Assembly (NCBI GenBank): GCA_049437325.1
Contig: JBMTIM010000010.1
Location: 57 to 64,056 of the forward strand
DNA from: Acidimicrobiales bacterium
GTDB lineage: Bacteria; Actinomycetota; Acidimicrobiia; Acidimicrobiales; Aldehydirespiratoraceae
Direction: 5' to 3'
DNA length: 64,000 nt
Shown: one piece after another, positions 10,283 through 19,965 of the stretch
Layout of the letters: each line of letters begins with the position of its first letter
Numbering within the stretch: position 1 is the stretch's first letter
The notes under the pieces: generated by a model
Database searches by the model: none
Seen by the model: only the letters and a program-made list of their open reading frames with translations
What the model was told of the DNA's origin: nothing
Position numbers and translations under genes: made by a program

Positions 10283-11100
10283 TGTTTGGCGTCGACCGAG
10301 GCCGACAGGCGGTTCAGCGTCGACCGGAGGCCGAGCGCATAGGTGTCGGCGATCGCGGTGTTGCGATGATCGTTGTGGGCCTCGACCCGGTCGGGGTCCA
10401 TCGCCACCTCGAGGAACGCTCGCCTGCTTGGGAATGTATTGAAGCGCACCTGGTGCCATGTGCGGCCATCGCCGAGGATCGTGCCCTCGGCCGAGAACCA
10501 GCCTTCGATCCGCAACCCGTTCGGTACTGCGACGGTTCCGGCGACCTTCTGGTACTCCTCCATGTGGTCCGGTGTGTGCGTGGCACCGTCCTCCTCGTGG
10601 AACCGGATGACGTGCATCATCGTGTACGGCCCATCTTCATCGGTCGGCGGATGCGGGACATCGTCCCAGTCGACGATCTCGTCATCGGCCGCCTGGGGTA
10701 TGTCGAGCGGTAGGCAGCCGATGACGATGCTCTCGGCCATGCCCGCTTCCTTGTGCTTGTGCGACTCCCGGAAGTCGGCGCGCTCCTGCATCTCGATGAA
10801 CGCCCGTCGGGTCGGGTACTTCACGATCCCGATGCGGTCCCACTCGATGCCGTCGCCGAGGAAGCGATCTTCGACGGTGGCGACGAAGACGAGTTCGGCG
10901 CCCACGCCGCTGAGCGACTCGGTCGGGGTGTACTCGTCGTCGGCTTCCTGCCCCGTGAGCGTGGTCTCCCGTCCGTCGGCGTACTCCGCGACGTCCTTGT
11001 AGCGCATCAGGTTGACCATCCACACCGGCCCGTCGTCTTCGGGCGCGGTCGTGGCGAGGGTGAGTCCGTACTCGTGGTCGACCTGTCCGTAGTCCGGCAT
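10279..11100 (-). CDS. Tandem DUF1330-like domain protein
   Basis: GPVWMVNLMRY...WDRIGIVKYPTRRAF, with a second similar domain (WHQVRFNTFPSRRAF); start 11100 supported by TAGAGT -10 box 7 nt upstream. Confidence 0.75.
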   Translation of the reverse strand: MPDYGQVDHEYGLTLATTAPEDDGPVWMVNLMRYKDVAEYADGRETTLTGQEADDEYTPTESLSGVGAELVFVATVEDRFLGDGIEWDRIGIVKYPTRRAFIEMQERADFRESHKHKEAGMAESIVIGCLPLDIPQAADDEIVDWDDVPHPPTDEDGPYTMMHVIRFHEEDGATHTPDHMEEYQKVAGTVAVPNGLRIEGWFSAEGTILGDGRTWHQVRFNTFPSRRAFLEVAMDPDRVEAHNDHRNTAIADTYALGLRSTLNRLSASVDAKQ

Positions 11101-11114
11101 ACCGGACACTCTAT

Positions 11115-11139
11115 CTATTGTCATCTAGACTGGCAATAG
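11115..11139. promoter_or_regulatory. Inverted repeat, candidate TetR operator (core TGTCA-N7-TGGCA)
   Basis: CTATTGTCA-TCTAGAC-TGGCAATAG, one mismatch in 9-bp arms, just upstream of the -10 box of the 11100 gene. Confidence 0.6.
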
Positions 11140-11274
11140 TTGGAGAGGACGGCACCGCCTCCCCTCCGGCGCGTGCCGCGAGGGCCCCGTGCCATGCCGA
11201 GCGTCGACAGGTGTCGTGCGCCCGATGCTGACCATGAGGGCGCCCTCACATCAATGGCTTGCCGAAGGTGCCAC

Positions 11275-11844
11275 ATGATGCGCGACGTCGGGCGCGGCCT
11301 CCGGTCGTTCTGGAACGATCCGTCCGGTCGAGCGATCCTGGGGGTTGCGTTGACCATGATCGGGACCGCCACGGTCTTCTACCGACTCGTCGAAGATCTC
11401 GACTGGATCGACAGCCTGTATTTCTCGGTCGTCACGATCAGCACCGTCGGCTACGGCGACATCTCACCCGAAGCCGTGCCGGGGACGCTCTTCACGATGG
11501 CCTATGTGGTCGTCGGGATCGGCGTTTTTGTCGCCACGGTCTCGACGATCGGTCATCACCAGCTCGCGGTGAAGCAGCCGGCCGAACTGGAGACGCCGGG
11601 CGACTCGACGCTCAGAATCGCCTGGAGGCTCGAGGCGAGGGTTTTGCGCGTCTCGGCCTCAGAAAGGCCCCGGTACTCGCGCAGGAATTCGAGCGAGTCG
11701 AGCTGCGTCAACAGATCGCCTGCGGCGATGACACGCCTCCGTCGCTGCGCGTCCATCTCGCCGAGCTCGGGCGCGAACTGCAGCTCGAACTGCTCGCGCA
11801 TCAGCGCGCGATTGCGCGCTCGCGTCTCGTTGACCTGCCGATGA
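11275..11844 (+). CDS. Two-TM potassium channel family protein with C-terminal run-on into the convergent TetR gene
   Basis: DSLYFSVVTISTVGYGDISP selectivity filter flanked by two TM helices; channel-like sequence ends near 11560. Confidence 0.75.
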   Translation: MMRDVGRGLRSFWNDPSGRAILGVALTMIGTATVFYRLVEDLDWIDSLYFSVVTISTVGYGDISPEAVPGTLFTMAYVVVGIGVFVATVSTIGHHQLAVKQPAELETPGDSTLRIAWRLEARVLRVSASERPRYSRRNSSESSCVNRSPAAMTRLRRCASISPSSGANCSSNCSRISARLRARVSLTCR

Positions 11845-12212
11845 CGTGCCGCGTTGGCGACGGTTGCCCGAAACACCGCAGCGTTGGCGCGGTACAGCCG
11901 CACCCGCATCCCGACGAAATCGTCGATCCGCCGGTCGAGCGACCCCTCACCGATGGCGTGGAGCTTCGAAAGCGATCGTGCGACTTCGTCGTTGCGGGCG
12001 ATTGCGGCTTCGCGTAGCTCGCCTGGGTCGGCGAAGTAGCGGTAGAGCGACCGGAGCGACAAACCAGAGCGCTTCGCAGCCTGCTCCATCGACGGGAACA
12101 TCGCGTCTTCTGCGAACATCTCGAGCACCACGTCGAGCACCGCCTCGATGTTGCGCTGCCGGCGCGCCACACGACCGTCGATCGGTGTGGTGATCTCGTC
12201 GACATCGGTCAT
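11556..12212 (-). CDS. TetR/AcrR family transcriptional regulator
   Basis: DGRVARRQRNIEAVLD...PSMEQAAKRSGLSLRSLYRYF HTH. Confidence 0.92.
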   Translation of the reverse strand: MTDVDEITTPIDGRVARRQRNIEAVLDVVLEMFAEDAMFPSMEQAAKRSGLSLRSLYRYFADPGELREAAIARNDEVARSLSKLHAIGEGSLDRRIDDFVGMRVRLYRANAAVFRATVANAARHRQVNETRARNRALMREQFELQFAPELGEMDAQRRRRVIAAGDLLTQLDSLEFLREYRGLSEAETRKTLASSLQAILSVESPGVSSSAGCFTASW

Positions 12213-12224
12213 CGATGATCGAAC

Positions 12225-14795
12225 CTAGCTGGCGCGCTCTGCAGCGAGTCGGAGCATCTCCCGGGCGACCATCGGCGCGGCGTTCTGGTTCTGGCCGGTG
12301 ACGAGGTTGCCGTCGACCACCCAGTGGTTGGCCAGCGGGTCGCGCCGCTTGGTCTGGCTCTCGAACTCGGCACCGAGCCTGCGAAGCTCGGTCTCGGGGT
12401 GATGCGGCGTCGAGGTGATGCCGAGCTCCCGAACCTGCTTGTCGGTGACCGCGCTGACCTTGCGGCCTGCGACCAGGGGCGAACCGTCGGGCGCCGTCGC
12501 CTTCAGCAACCCGAGCGGACCGTGGCACACACCGCCGATGATCGCGCCGTTCTCATTGGCCCGGGTCATCTGCGAGCCGAGTTCGTCGGAGAAGCCGAGG
12601 TCGAACGCAGCACCCCAGCCGCCCGCGAGACACACGATGTCGTAGTCGTCGATATCGACATTCGCGATGGCGAGCGACTCAGTGATCTTGGCCCTCAGGT
12701 CGTCGTCGGCGAGGAAGCGGTCGCACGCCTCGGTGCGCACCGGGGCACGCAACGACTGGGGGTCGACCGGGATGACGCCGCCACGGGGACTGGCGACGTC
12801 GACCTCCATGCCGGCATCGAGGAACGCGTAGTACGGCACGGTGAGCTCGCTCGCGAACACTCCCGTGGGTTTGCCGATGTCGAGGACACCGTGATTGGTG
12901 GCGATGCAGAGCGCCCGGCGACCGGTGAGGTCGACGTCGATCGTTTCGGTGTCCTCCGGATGCATGCCAGCGCGCTGGAGCAGCTTGCGAAGGGCGCGGG
13001 CAGGAGGGGGCGGGGTCTTCATGCGGGTCCTTTCGGCACGGGCGGCGTAGGGCCATGGCTCATGACGGGGGGGTACGGCACGGGTCCGTTCGGCCGCCAG
13101 TCGATCGACGAGGAGAGCGAGCACTGCCGCCGCGTCGGCATCGTTCCATCGGTTCTCCGCTTCGATGGGGTCAGTGTCGAGGTCGTACAACTCCCACTGA
13201 TCGGGCAGGGGTTCCGTGCGGTACAGGTCGCCGCCCACGCCGGTGCTCGCCAGATGGCGAACACCGGGCTCGGTCCAGGTTTCAGGATCGTCGAAACTGC
13301 GAACGATCTTCCAGAGCCGGCCACCACCGCCAACGGCATCGCCCTCGGCGACCCGACTCACAATGCTCTCGAAGTTGGCGGGAGCGTGAGCCGGGACCTG
13401 GATCCGCAGCGGGGGCGGCTGCTTGTCGATGCGGCCAATGCGGCGGGCCATGGCGCTCGCCCCGGTATCACCCTCCGGCATGTTGTCGCGCGTGATGGCG
13501 TAGACGATTCGGTCGACATCGGCTTCGGCACCGTCGACGACCGGCATCAGATCGCGGCCCGGAAGGGCGTGGAACTCGGTGAAGTCGTTGCGAATCGCTG
13601 CGCTGGCCATCTCAACGTCGATCCCCGCGGCACCGAGCAACGTCGGCACCAGATCGACATGAGACGTCGGCGCATCGACAACCTCGCGTGCGGCCGTTGG
13701 CTGTGCGCCAGTGCGAGCGATCGCAAACGGTACCCGTGTCGCCTCGTCATAGAGGTTGAACCACTTCTGGTGAAGACCCCCATGGGCTCCAAGGAGCTCA
13801 CCGTGATCGGCGGTACGAACGAGCAGGGCGTCACCCCCACCGGTCACGACAACCTCGCGCACTCGGTCAAGCTGACGATCAGAGGCAACGTGGAGCCGAT
13901 AGTAGAGATTGCGGTACTCCTGGGCCTTGCCTTTGTAGGCCGCTTCGATCATTGGCGCCGGTCCGTATGTACTCAAGTACGAGGCCCGAAACGCGATTTG
14001 AGCAGCCGGCTTGGTCGAGAGATCTTCACGGTCAGTCGGCGACTCGGGGATGTCGGGCGGATTGAGCGGATCGTCGACAAACGGGTTGTCGGGCCCAAAG
14101 CGTCCCAGCCACCCTGGCGCGAACACGATGTCGTGCGGATTGACGAAACTCACCACCAGCAGAAACGGCCTCAACGCCGCCTCGTCACCCTCGGCTCGCC
14201 GGGCGTACCGGCCCTGGAGGAACTCGATCGCTCGATTGGCATAGATGCCATCGCAGATCAGGCCTGACAACGCGGGCTTGCCGCCGTGCGGCTCTGGCCC
14301 TACCCAGTCGGAGAAGCCGAAGGGGTCGAGCACATCGGCATCGAGGTAGGCCTGCACAGCCTCGGGCCGGATCGTGCCGTCGTTGCCGTGACTGAGCAGC
14401 GCGCCACCCGTCTCGGGGTCGGTGAGGTCAGCGTGGGTGATGTGCCACTTTCCGACGTAGTGCGTGTCGTAGCCACCGGCCCGGAACCAGTGGCCAAGCG
14501 TCGGGACCTCGCCTTCGCGCAACCACCGCATACGCGTGTCGTCGTCCATCTTCCCGAGCCCGTTGGTCTGGGTCACACCATGGATGTCGGGGTACTGGCC
14601 GGTGAAGAGCGTCGGCCGACTCGGCACGCACGCAAGCGAACCGGTGTAATGACGGCGGAAGTTGACGGCGTTGTCGTCGAACCACGCCTCAGCCCGAAGG
14701 GTCTCGCGGCGCCAGGCCCTGACCTCGTCGGTCTCGTACGGGGGCGTCGCCCGTTCCTGATCAGTCATCAGGATGATCACGTCGGGACGAGTCAT
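12225..14795 (-). CDS. Sulfatase fused to C-terminal DJ-1/PfpI (type 1 glutamine amidotransferase-like) domain
   Basis: TDQER, CVPSRPTLFTG, GKWH, ADHGE, then GVFASELTVPY, GGWG, GGVCHGP, LVTGQNQ in one frame. Confidence 0.88.
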   Translation of the reverse strand: MTRPDVIILMTDQERATPPYETDEVRAWRRETLRAEAWFDDNAVNFRRHYTGSLACVPSRPTLFTGQYPDIHGVTQTNGLGKMDDDTRMRWLREGEVPTLGHWFRAGGYDTHYVGKWHITHADLTDPETGGALLSHGNDGTIRPEAVQAYLDADVLDPFGFSDWVGPEPHGGKPALSGLICDGIYANRAIEFLQGRYARRAEGDEAALRPFLLVVSFVNPHDIVFAPGWLGRFGPDNPFVDDPLNPPDIPESPTDREDLSTKPAAQIAFRASYLSTYGPAPMIEAAYKGKAQEYRNLYYRLHVASDRQLDRVREVVVTGGGDALLVRTADHGELLGAHGGLHQKWFNLYDEATRVPFAIARTGAQPTAAREVVDAPTSHVDLVPTLLGAAGIDVEMASAAIRNDFTEFHALPGRDLMPVVDGAEADVDRIVYAITRDNMPEGDTGASAMARRIGRIDKQPPPLRIQVPAHAPANFESIVSRVAEGDAVGGGGRLWKIVRSFDDPETWTEPGVRHLASTGVGGDLYRTEPLPDQWELYDLDTDPIEAENRWNDADAAAVLALLVDRLAAERTRAVPPRHEPWPYAARAERTRMKTPPPPARALRKLLQRAGMHPEDTETIDVDLTGRRALCIATNHGVLDIGKPTGVFASELTVPYYAFLDAGMEVDVASPRGGVIPVDPQSLRAPVRTEACDRFLADDDLRAKITESLAIANVDIDDYDIVCLAGGWGAAFDLGFSDELGSQMTRANENGAIIGGVCHGPLGLLKATAPDGSPLVAGRKVSAVTDKQVRELGITSTPHHPETELRRLGAEFESQTKRRDPLANHWVVDGNLVTGQNQNAAPMVAREMLRLAAERAS

Positions 14796-15232
14796 CACTG
14801 CTCCTCCACGTGAGCCTTGAGCCCGTCGAGCATCTGCTGCGACGCCTTCCCCATGGTTCGGCCGACGACGCGTGCGATTGCCTTCTGCGGTGGACGGGGG
14901 CCAGTGTCGATCGTGCTGGTGAGCGTGACCGCTGTGGCAGCTCCGGTGTCGGACAGCGACCATCGGTTGGTCGCCGAGCGAACCACGGGCGGGAGCCCCT
15001 CGAGCGCGTAGGCGAGCGCCTCGCATGGGACCCATTCCACAACCCGTTCCAACAACGCGTTGCGCCCGACCTGCACGCGCCGGGTCACACCGAGGCCTTC
15101 ATCTGCGGTGGTGGTCAAACACGAGTGATCGACGTTCGACGCCCACTGGGCGATTGCCCCGAAGTCGGCGAGAACGGCCCAGATCTCCTGACGCGGGCGG
15201 GTGATCTCGATGCTCTTGCTCACGTGCGTCAT
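14795..15232 (-). CDS. SRPBCC family protein
   Basis: SIEITRPRQEIWAVLADFGAIAQW; C-terminal helix MLDGLKAHVE. Confidence 0.88.
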   Translation of the reverse strand: MTHVSKSIEITRPRQEIWAVLADFGAIAQWASNVDHSCLTTTADEGLGVTRRVQVGRNALLERVVEWVPCEALAYALEGLPPVVRSATNRWSLSDTGAATAVTLTSTIDTGPRPPQKAIARVVGRTMGKASQQMLDGLKAHVEEQ

Positions 15233-15264
15233 GCCTCTCCTCGCTGGTCGACCCCTTCAACTTG

Positions 15265-15281
15265 TGCCAATAGTATTGGCA
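15265..15281. promoter_or_regulatory. Perfect palindrome, candidate TetR operator (TGCCA-N7-TGGCA)
   Basis: TGCCAATA-G-TATTGGCA upstream of the SRPBCC-sulfatase-tetR operon. Confidence 0.7.
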
Positions 15282-15292
15282 GAAGTCGCAAG

Positions 15293-16456
15293 TCAGTGAC
15301 GCGGAGCCGCAATCGAGCCGGAAAGGGCTTCGTCGATGGCCTGCTGACCGAAGTGCAGACCGCACTCGTAGCGGCCGAACACGAACGTCTCGTTCACACC
15401 TGCGTCGAAGTTGCGCTGGATGCCCTCGCCGATCGTGAAGTCCTCGTCGAAGACACGTCGGACAACGTCGTAGTTGGCTCGCCAGTACCGTTCGACCTTC
15501 TCTGTCGCCGGCGCCTCGGGCACAAGCATGATGCACTGAAACACGCACGTGCCCGGCCCGGTCGGAATGATCGTGTGGACGTACACATGATCGGTCATCA
15601 CCTGCACGAAGTTGGCCGGGAAGACGAAGTTCTGCGTCATGAAGTGTCGGCGGTATTCCCAGTCGTCTTCCGGCACGTCGCCCAACTCGACAAGCGACGG
15701 CAGGGGCACGGAGTGGCGCACGTGGGGCCCGTAGTCGGACCAGACGCTCTGGTTGTCGAGGTAGTTGGAGCAGGCACTTTCCCGGTGGGCGGAACAGAAA
15801 TGGTACGACTCCTGGAACCCCTCGAGGGCAAGGCGCCAACTCATCTTTCGATGGAGTGCCCACTTCTCGAAGACAACATGGCTTCCGAGATCGAGGTCGG
15901 AGAACTGTTCGTCGAACGGGGCCAACCACGCAGCCATGTCGATGGCCTCGGGCTGGGGTGACGGGACCACCCAGATGAGCCCGTGATGTTCATAGGCCGG
16001 TAGCTCGACGAGCTGGCGCTCGTTGCGATCGACGGAGTCGAAGCCCACCGGCTGCGGCATACCGCGCAACGCACCATCGAGGTCATATGTCCACGAGTGG
16101 TAGGGACAGGTGAACCGCCGGGCATGACCACACGCCTCGTCCTCGATACGGGCGCCCCGATGGCGACACACGTTGAGATACGCCTTCACGTCACCGGCCT
16201 CGGTGCGCGTCACCAGCATCGGGACGCCGGTGTCGTCGTGGGTGATGAAGTCGCCAGGCTCTGCGAGGTCGGTTCGGTGCGCGATCGCGATCGGGAACTG
16301 CCGGAACAGGACATCGATCTCCTGCTGAAGCTTGGCCGGATCGGTGTAGTTCGCAACCGGGTTCACGCCGACCTCAGGCAACATCTGTGTGGACTTGCGC
16401 TCGACAAGATCGAGCAACTCGCGAATGATGTGGCGTTCCTCTGCTCGGATGCCCAT
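15293..16456 (-). CDS. Rieske non-heme iron oxygenase alpha subunit
   Basis: CRHRG...CPYHSW Rieske motif; ESYHFCSAH and EDF iron ligands. Confidence 0.93.
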   Translation of the reverse strand: MGIRAEERHIIRELLDLVERKSTQMLPEVGVNPVANYTDPAKLQQEIDVLFRQFPIAIAHRTDLAEPGDFITHDDTGVPMLVTRTEAGDVKAYLNVCRHRGARIEDEACGHARRFTCPYHSWTYDLDGALRGMPQPVGFDSVDRNERQLVELPAYEHHGLIWVVPSPQPEAIDMAAWLAPFDEQFSDLDLGSHVVFEKWALHRKMSWRLALEGFQESYHFCSAHRESACSNYLDNQSVWSDYGPHVRHSVPLPSLVELGDVPEDDWEYRRHFMTQNFVFPANFVQVMTDHVYVHTIIPTGPGTCVFQCIMLVPEAPATEKVERYWRANYDVVRRVFDEDFTIGEGIQRNFDAGVNETFVFGRYECGLHFGQQAIDEALSGSIAAPRH

Positions 16457-16513
16457 CCGCAAAGCCTAGCCACGGGCTGCGGGTTGCTCGAAGCCCTCAT
16501 CTAGGTTCCTCCC

Positions 16514-17161
16514 ATGAGCTCGCTTTCTTCCTCCGACATCCGTTCCTTGGTCGTGGGCGCAGTCGAAACCGCAGCTGATGTCATCGGTGAAGCAGCCGTG
16601 GCCGACCGTTGGGATCACCCATCTGCGCTCGAAGGCATGACGGTCGGCGCACTGTGCGCCCACCTCGTACGCGCCGCGGGAGCAACGATCGCCTATCTCG
16701 ACCGTACCCCCACCGACCGGCAACCCGACGACGAACTGCTCACCCCAGTCACCTACTTCCGCACTGCGCTCGAGGCCCCCATCCACGATCAGATCAAGGA
16801 CGTCTCCGCCGACGAAGCGGCGATCGGGCAGCAGGCCATGGCGGCGAAGTGCCGCAAGCTGGCCGCCGATCTTGCCTCGAGGTTCGCCGCTGAGCCCGAA
16901 GATCGCCTCCTGATGGCTCTGGGTGGACGGACGCTCACCCTCGACGACTTCTGCCGCACGCGACTGATCGAGGTGCTGCTCCACATCGACGATCTGGTCG
17001 CCAGCACGGGGACCGACCGGCCCGCACTGGATCCGCGTGGGCCGCTCGAGGTGATCGAGATCTGTGTCGGTATCGGCATCGACCGCCATGGCGTCTGGGG
17101 ATTGCTGGAAGCACTCGCCCGCGCCGAACGCTCGGAAGGCACCGTCTTCCCGATCTTTTGA
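16514..17161 (+). CDS. MDMPI N-terminal (DinB-like) domain protein
   Basis: WDHPSALEGMTVGALCAHL; TRLIEVLLHIDDL. Confidence 0.82.
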   Translation: MSSLSSSDIRSLVVGAVETAADVIGEAAVADRWDHPSALEGMTVGALCAHLVRAAGATIAYLDRTPTDRQPDDELLTPVTYFRTALEAPIHDQIKDVSADEAAIGQQAMAAKCRKLAADLASRFAAEPEDRLLMALGGRTLTLDDFCRTRLIEVLLHIDDLVASTGTDRPALDPRGPLEVIEICVGIGIDRHGVWGLLEALARAERSEGTVFPIF

Positions 17162-17192
17162 TGCCGCGCCGTCGCTGCGACATGTTCGAGGT

Positions 17193-18614
17193 TCAGGTCG
17201 GCGGCATCTCCAGCGACCAGAGCCGGTCGGTGAGGATGCCATTGCGCTCCTGCACCGCGTCCATGGCATCGACGACGAGATCTTCGCGATACCGCCTGCC
17301 GACGATCTGCACGGCGGCCGGGCGGCCCTCGACAAGATCGACCCCGAACACACCGGCCGGTAGACCGAGATAGTTGGTACCACAGCTGTACATGGACGAG
17401 TCGAACAGGTCTTTCAGTTCCTCGAAGCTCTGGGCATCAGCATCCCAGTCGTAGAGCGGACGCAACAGGAATGGTGTGAGCAGGAGTGGGTACTCGTCGA
17501 GGAAAAGACTCCACTCACGGAGGTATCGACCTCGGTTCCCCAGGGACTGGAGGTACGCATCTCGGTCGAGAATCTCGCCGAGTTCGTAGTACCACTCGAA
17601 AATCTGTTGGATCGTCTCGCTGCCATGTGCCGTCACCGCCGGTCCGAGCGAAAGGCTCATCTCGGTCACGCCCGCCCGGAACCACTCGTTGGCCGGACCC
17701 ACGATCGACGGTGGGTCGACATGCACCACGTGGTACCCGGCGTCGGCGAGCATTTCGGCGCTGCGCTCGACAAGGTCACCCATCGCTGGGTGCATGTCGT
17801 ACCCATTGCTCTCGGTCGTCACAGCGACGGTGATCGGGCCGTCGAGCGGAGGACCGTCCCAGGGCAGTGGAATGTGGTTCGGGTCTCGCGCATCGGGGGC
17901 GATCATCACCGAGGTGGCGAGGCGGACGTCGGCCGCCGTGCGAGCGATGATGCCCTGACACGACATCGTGGCGGAGAGCAGAGGGCGTTCGGCGGTTGCC
18001 GTAGCGTTGAAGACCGGCACGCGGAAGCTGCTGGGCTTCACGGTCGTCGTGCCGTTGGCGAACGACGGAAAGCGAAGCGAGCCGCCAATGTCGTTGCCGT
18101 GATGCAGCGGGCCCATCCCTGCTGCACAGGCCGAACCAGCTCCCCCCGATGAGCCGCCAGGACTTGCGTCGTCGTCCCACGGGTTCCGCGTCCGACCGCG
18201 GAGCGGATTGTCGGTGGTGGCCCGCATCGAGAACTCCGGGGTGTTCGTTCGGCCGAAGATCACGGCACCGGCGCTGCGAAGGTTCGAAACAAGCGGGGCG
18301 TCCTCAGACGCCATGAGATCGGCAAGGGCTGGAACCCCATTCGGGTTGGGGGTGCCAGCTTGATCGACATTTTCCTTGATGGTGACGGGGACGCCGTGGA
18401 GCGGGCCCAGTGCCGCGCCGGCGGCGACGGCGGCGTCGGCCGCAGCCGCCTCGGCCCATGCCGCATCTCGACAGTCATAGGTGATTGCGTTGAGGTGGGG
18501 ATTTCGTTCGTCGACCCGGGCCAAGACCGATTCCAGTGCCTCGGTTGCAGTGTGTTCTCGACGGCGAATGCCCGCTGCAAGTTCCACTGCTGTTCGCTGC
18601 CACAGTTCGGTCAT
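17193..18614 (-). CDS. Amidase signature family protein
   Basis: GPLHGVPVTIKE, GGSSGG, NDIGGSLRFP. Confidence 0.95.
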   Translation of the reverse strand: MTELWQRTAVELAAGIRRREHTATEALESVLARVDERNPHLNAITYDCRDAAWAEAAAADAAVAAGAALGPLHGVPVTIKENVDQAGTPNPNGVPALADLMASEDAPLVSNLRSAGAVIFGRTNTPEFSMRATTDNPLRGRTRNPWDDDASPGGSSGGAGSACAAGMGPLHHGNDIGGSLRFPSFANGTTTVKPSSFRVPVFNATATAERPLLSATMSCQGIIARTAADVRLATSVMIAPDARDPNHIPLPWDGPPLDGPITVAVTTESNGYDMHPAMGDLVERSAEMLADAGYHVVHVDPPSIVGPANEWFRAGVTEMSLSLGPAVTAHGSETIQQIFEWYYELGEILDRDAYLQSLGNRGRYLREWSLFLDEYPLLLTPFLLRPLYDWDADAQSFEELKDLFDSSMYSCGTNYLGLPAGVFGVDLVEGRPAAVQIVGRRYREDLVVDAMDAVQERNGILTDRLWSLEMPPT

Positions 18615-18647
18615 CTCGACTCCTTCTCGAACAGGACGAACGTAGCC

Positions 18648-18917
18648 TCAGACCTCGACCCTGCGCTCGAAGACGAATTCGTGCTCGAGGTACGAATTCG
18701 TGTGCTCGAAGCCGGGGGGCGGGGCGATGAGCTGCGCGCTGTGCAACAGAAACCAACCATCTCGAAGGGCTTCGGTGCCCGTCTCGTAGGGCGGGTCGCC
18801 ATCACGGAGATCAGGCCCAAGACCAGCGGCGCCATCGTGGAATGCCCACGCAACCACCGTCGAGTCGAGCGATGAACCGCTCCCCCACAGGTAGAGAACT
18901 TGCTGACGCACCTTCAC
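18648..18917 (-). CDS. Small hypothetical protein coupled to the PhyH gene
   Basis: GTGA overlap with the upstream stop; 89 aa ending HEFVFERRVEV. Confidence 0.7.
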   Translation of the reverse strand: MKVRQQVLYLWGSGSSLDSTVVAWAFHDGAAGLGPDLRDGDPPYETGTEALRDGWFLLHSAQLIAPPPGFEHTNSYLEHEFVFERRVEV

Positions 18918-19798
18918 GAGACCAACCCGTCACGCGCCGCCATACGAGTGAGGTAATGGTCGACATCGTAGGTGTCGTCGCCGGTGAGGTAGCGCCACAG
19001 CAATGCCCGCTGGATCTGTTCGTTGCGCGATTCCGTCGTGCCGTGCCATGGGTGATTCGTCCGAAAGACCTGTGCGACGCTGTCGGACCGCATCGTGGCG
19101 AACTGGTGATCGGAGGGGTCGTTGTGCAGTTCGTCGAGATCGACGGTGTTCCACAGTCGAACCTGTGGGACCGTCGGGTTGAGACGGGTCTTGTGCATCA
19201 ACCGATCGTCCGCACCCGAGTTCGGTTGCCCGGCGTGCCACAGGCCGTGATGGAACACCAGGACGGTCCCCGCAGGCCCGGAGAACTGCTGCTCGCCTTT
19301 GATGTGTTGGTAGCGGTCGAGTGATGGCCGGACCCGATGAAGATGACTTCCGGGCACGAAGCGAGTTCCCCCCTCACCGGGAGCGACATCGCGCAGAAAC
19401 CAGAACAGTTGGATGTCGAAGCTCGGGGCGGCGGTGTCGGTGATCGCATCGGTGTGGAGCGGCTGGGTGTAGGTCGATCCGGCCGGGACACGATGGGTCC
19501 AGTCATGATCGAATGTCGGGTCGGGTCCAACAAGTGATTCGATCATTCCGTGGATCACCGGAAGCCGCAGACAGTCGCCGATTGCCGACGGGGCCGGATA
19601 GCACGCCGAGAGAGGCGTTCCCGTTCTTGGCGGCCTCACCCCGTCGGGGCTGAGCCGTTCTCGGTGCAGGCGCTCGATCTCACCGACCGCTCGCCGATTG
19701 ATCTCGGCCGGGACGATCGCATCGAATCGCAGGAACCCGTTGGTCACGAACTCGGCCATCTGCCGAGTGGTCAGCCGGTAGTCGATTGGCTCTGACAT
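18914..19798 (-). CDS. Phytanoyl-CoA dioxygenase (PhyH) family Fe(II)/2OG oxygenase
   Basis: FVTNGFLRF, LHTD (HxD), GGTRFVPGSH, GTVLVFHHGLWHAG. Confidence 0.88.
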   Translation of the reverse strand: MSEPIDYRLTTRQMAEFVTNGFLRFDAIVPAEINRRAVGEIERLHRERLSPDGVRPPRTGTPLSACYPAPSAIGDCLRLPVIHGMIESLVGPDPTFDHDWTHRVPAGSTYTQPLHTDAITDTAAPSFDIQLFWFLRDVAPGEGGTRFVPGSHLHRVRPSLDRYQHIKGEQQFSGPAGTVLVFHHGLWHAGQPNSGADDRLMHKTRLNPTVPQVRLWNTVDLDELHNDPSDHQFATMRSDSVAQVFRTNHPWHGTTESRNEQIQRALLWRYLTGDDTYDVDHYLTRMAARDGLVS

Positions 19799-19965
19799 GA
19801 AGAACCTTGTAGCGGATTCTCTTCGCCACAGCGAACCGGTGACCGACCGGTCGCGGGATCCGGTCGTTGGACGTTGCCGAGCCCAGCCGTTCACCGGCAC
19901 ACTCCCCTACACGTGGCCGCGAGACGCTGCGCAGCTGCCCGCACCACGTGACGACGCCCTTTCCC

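Noticed and set aside
12324-14267. 647-aa plus-strand ORF (likewise 53271..55175 and 8125..9519)
   Set aside because: Antisense shadows of well-supported minus-strand genes.
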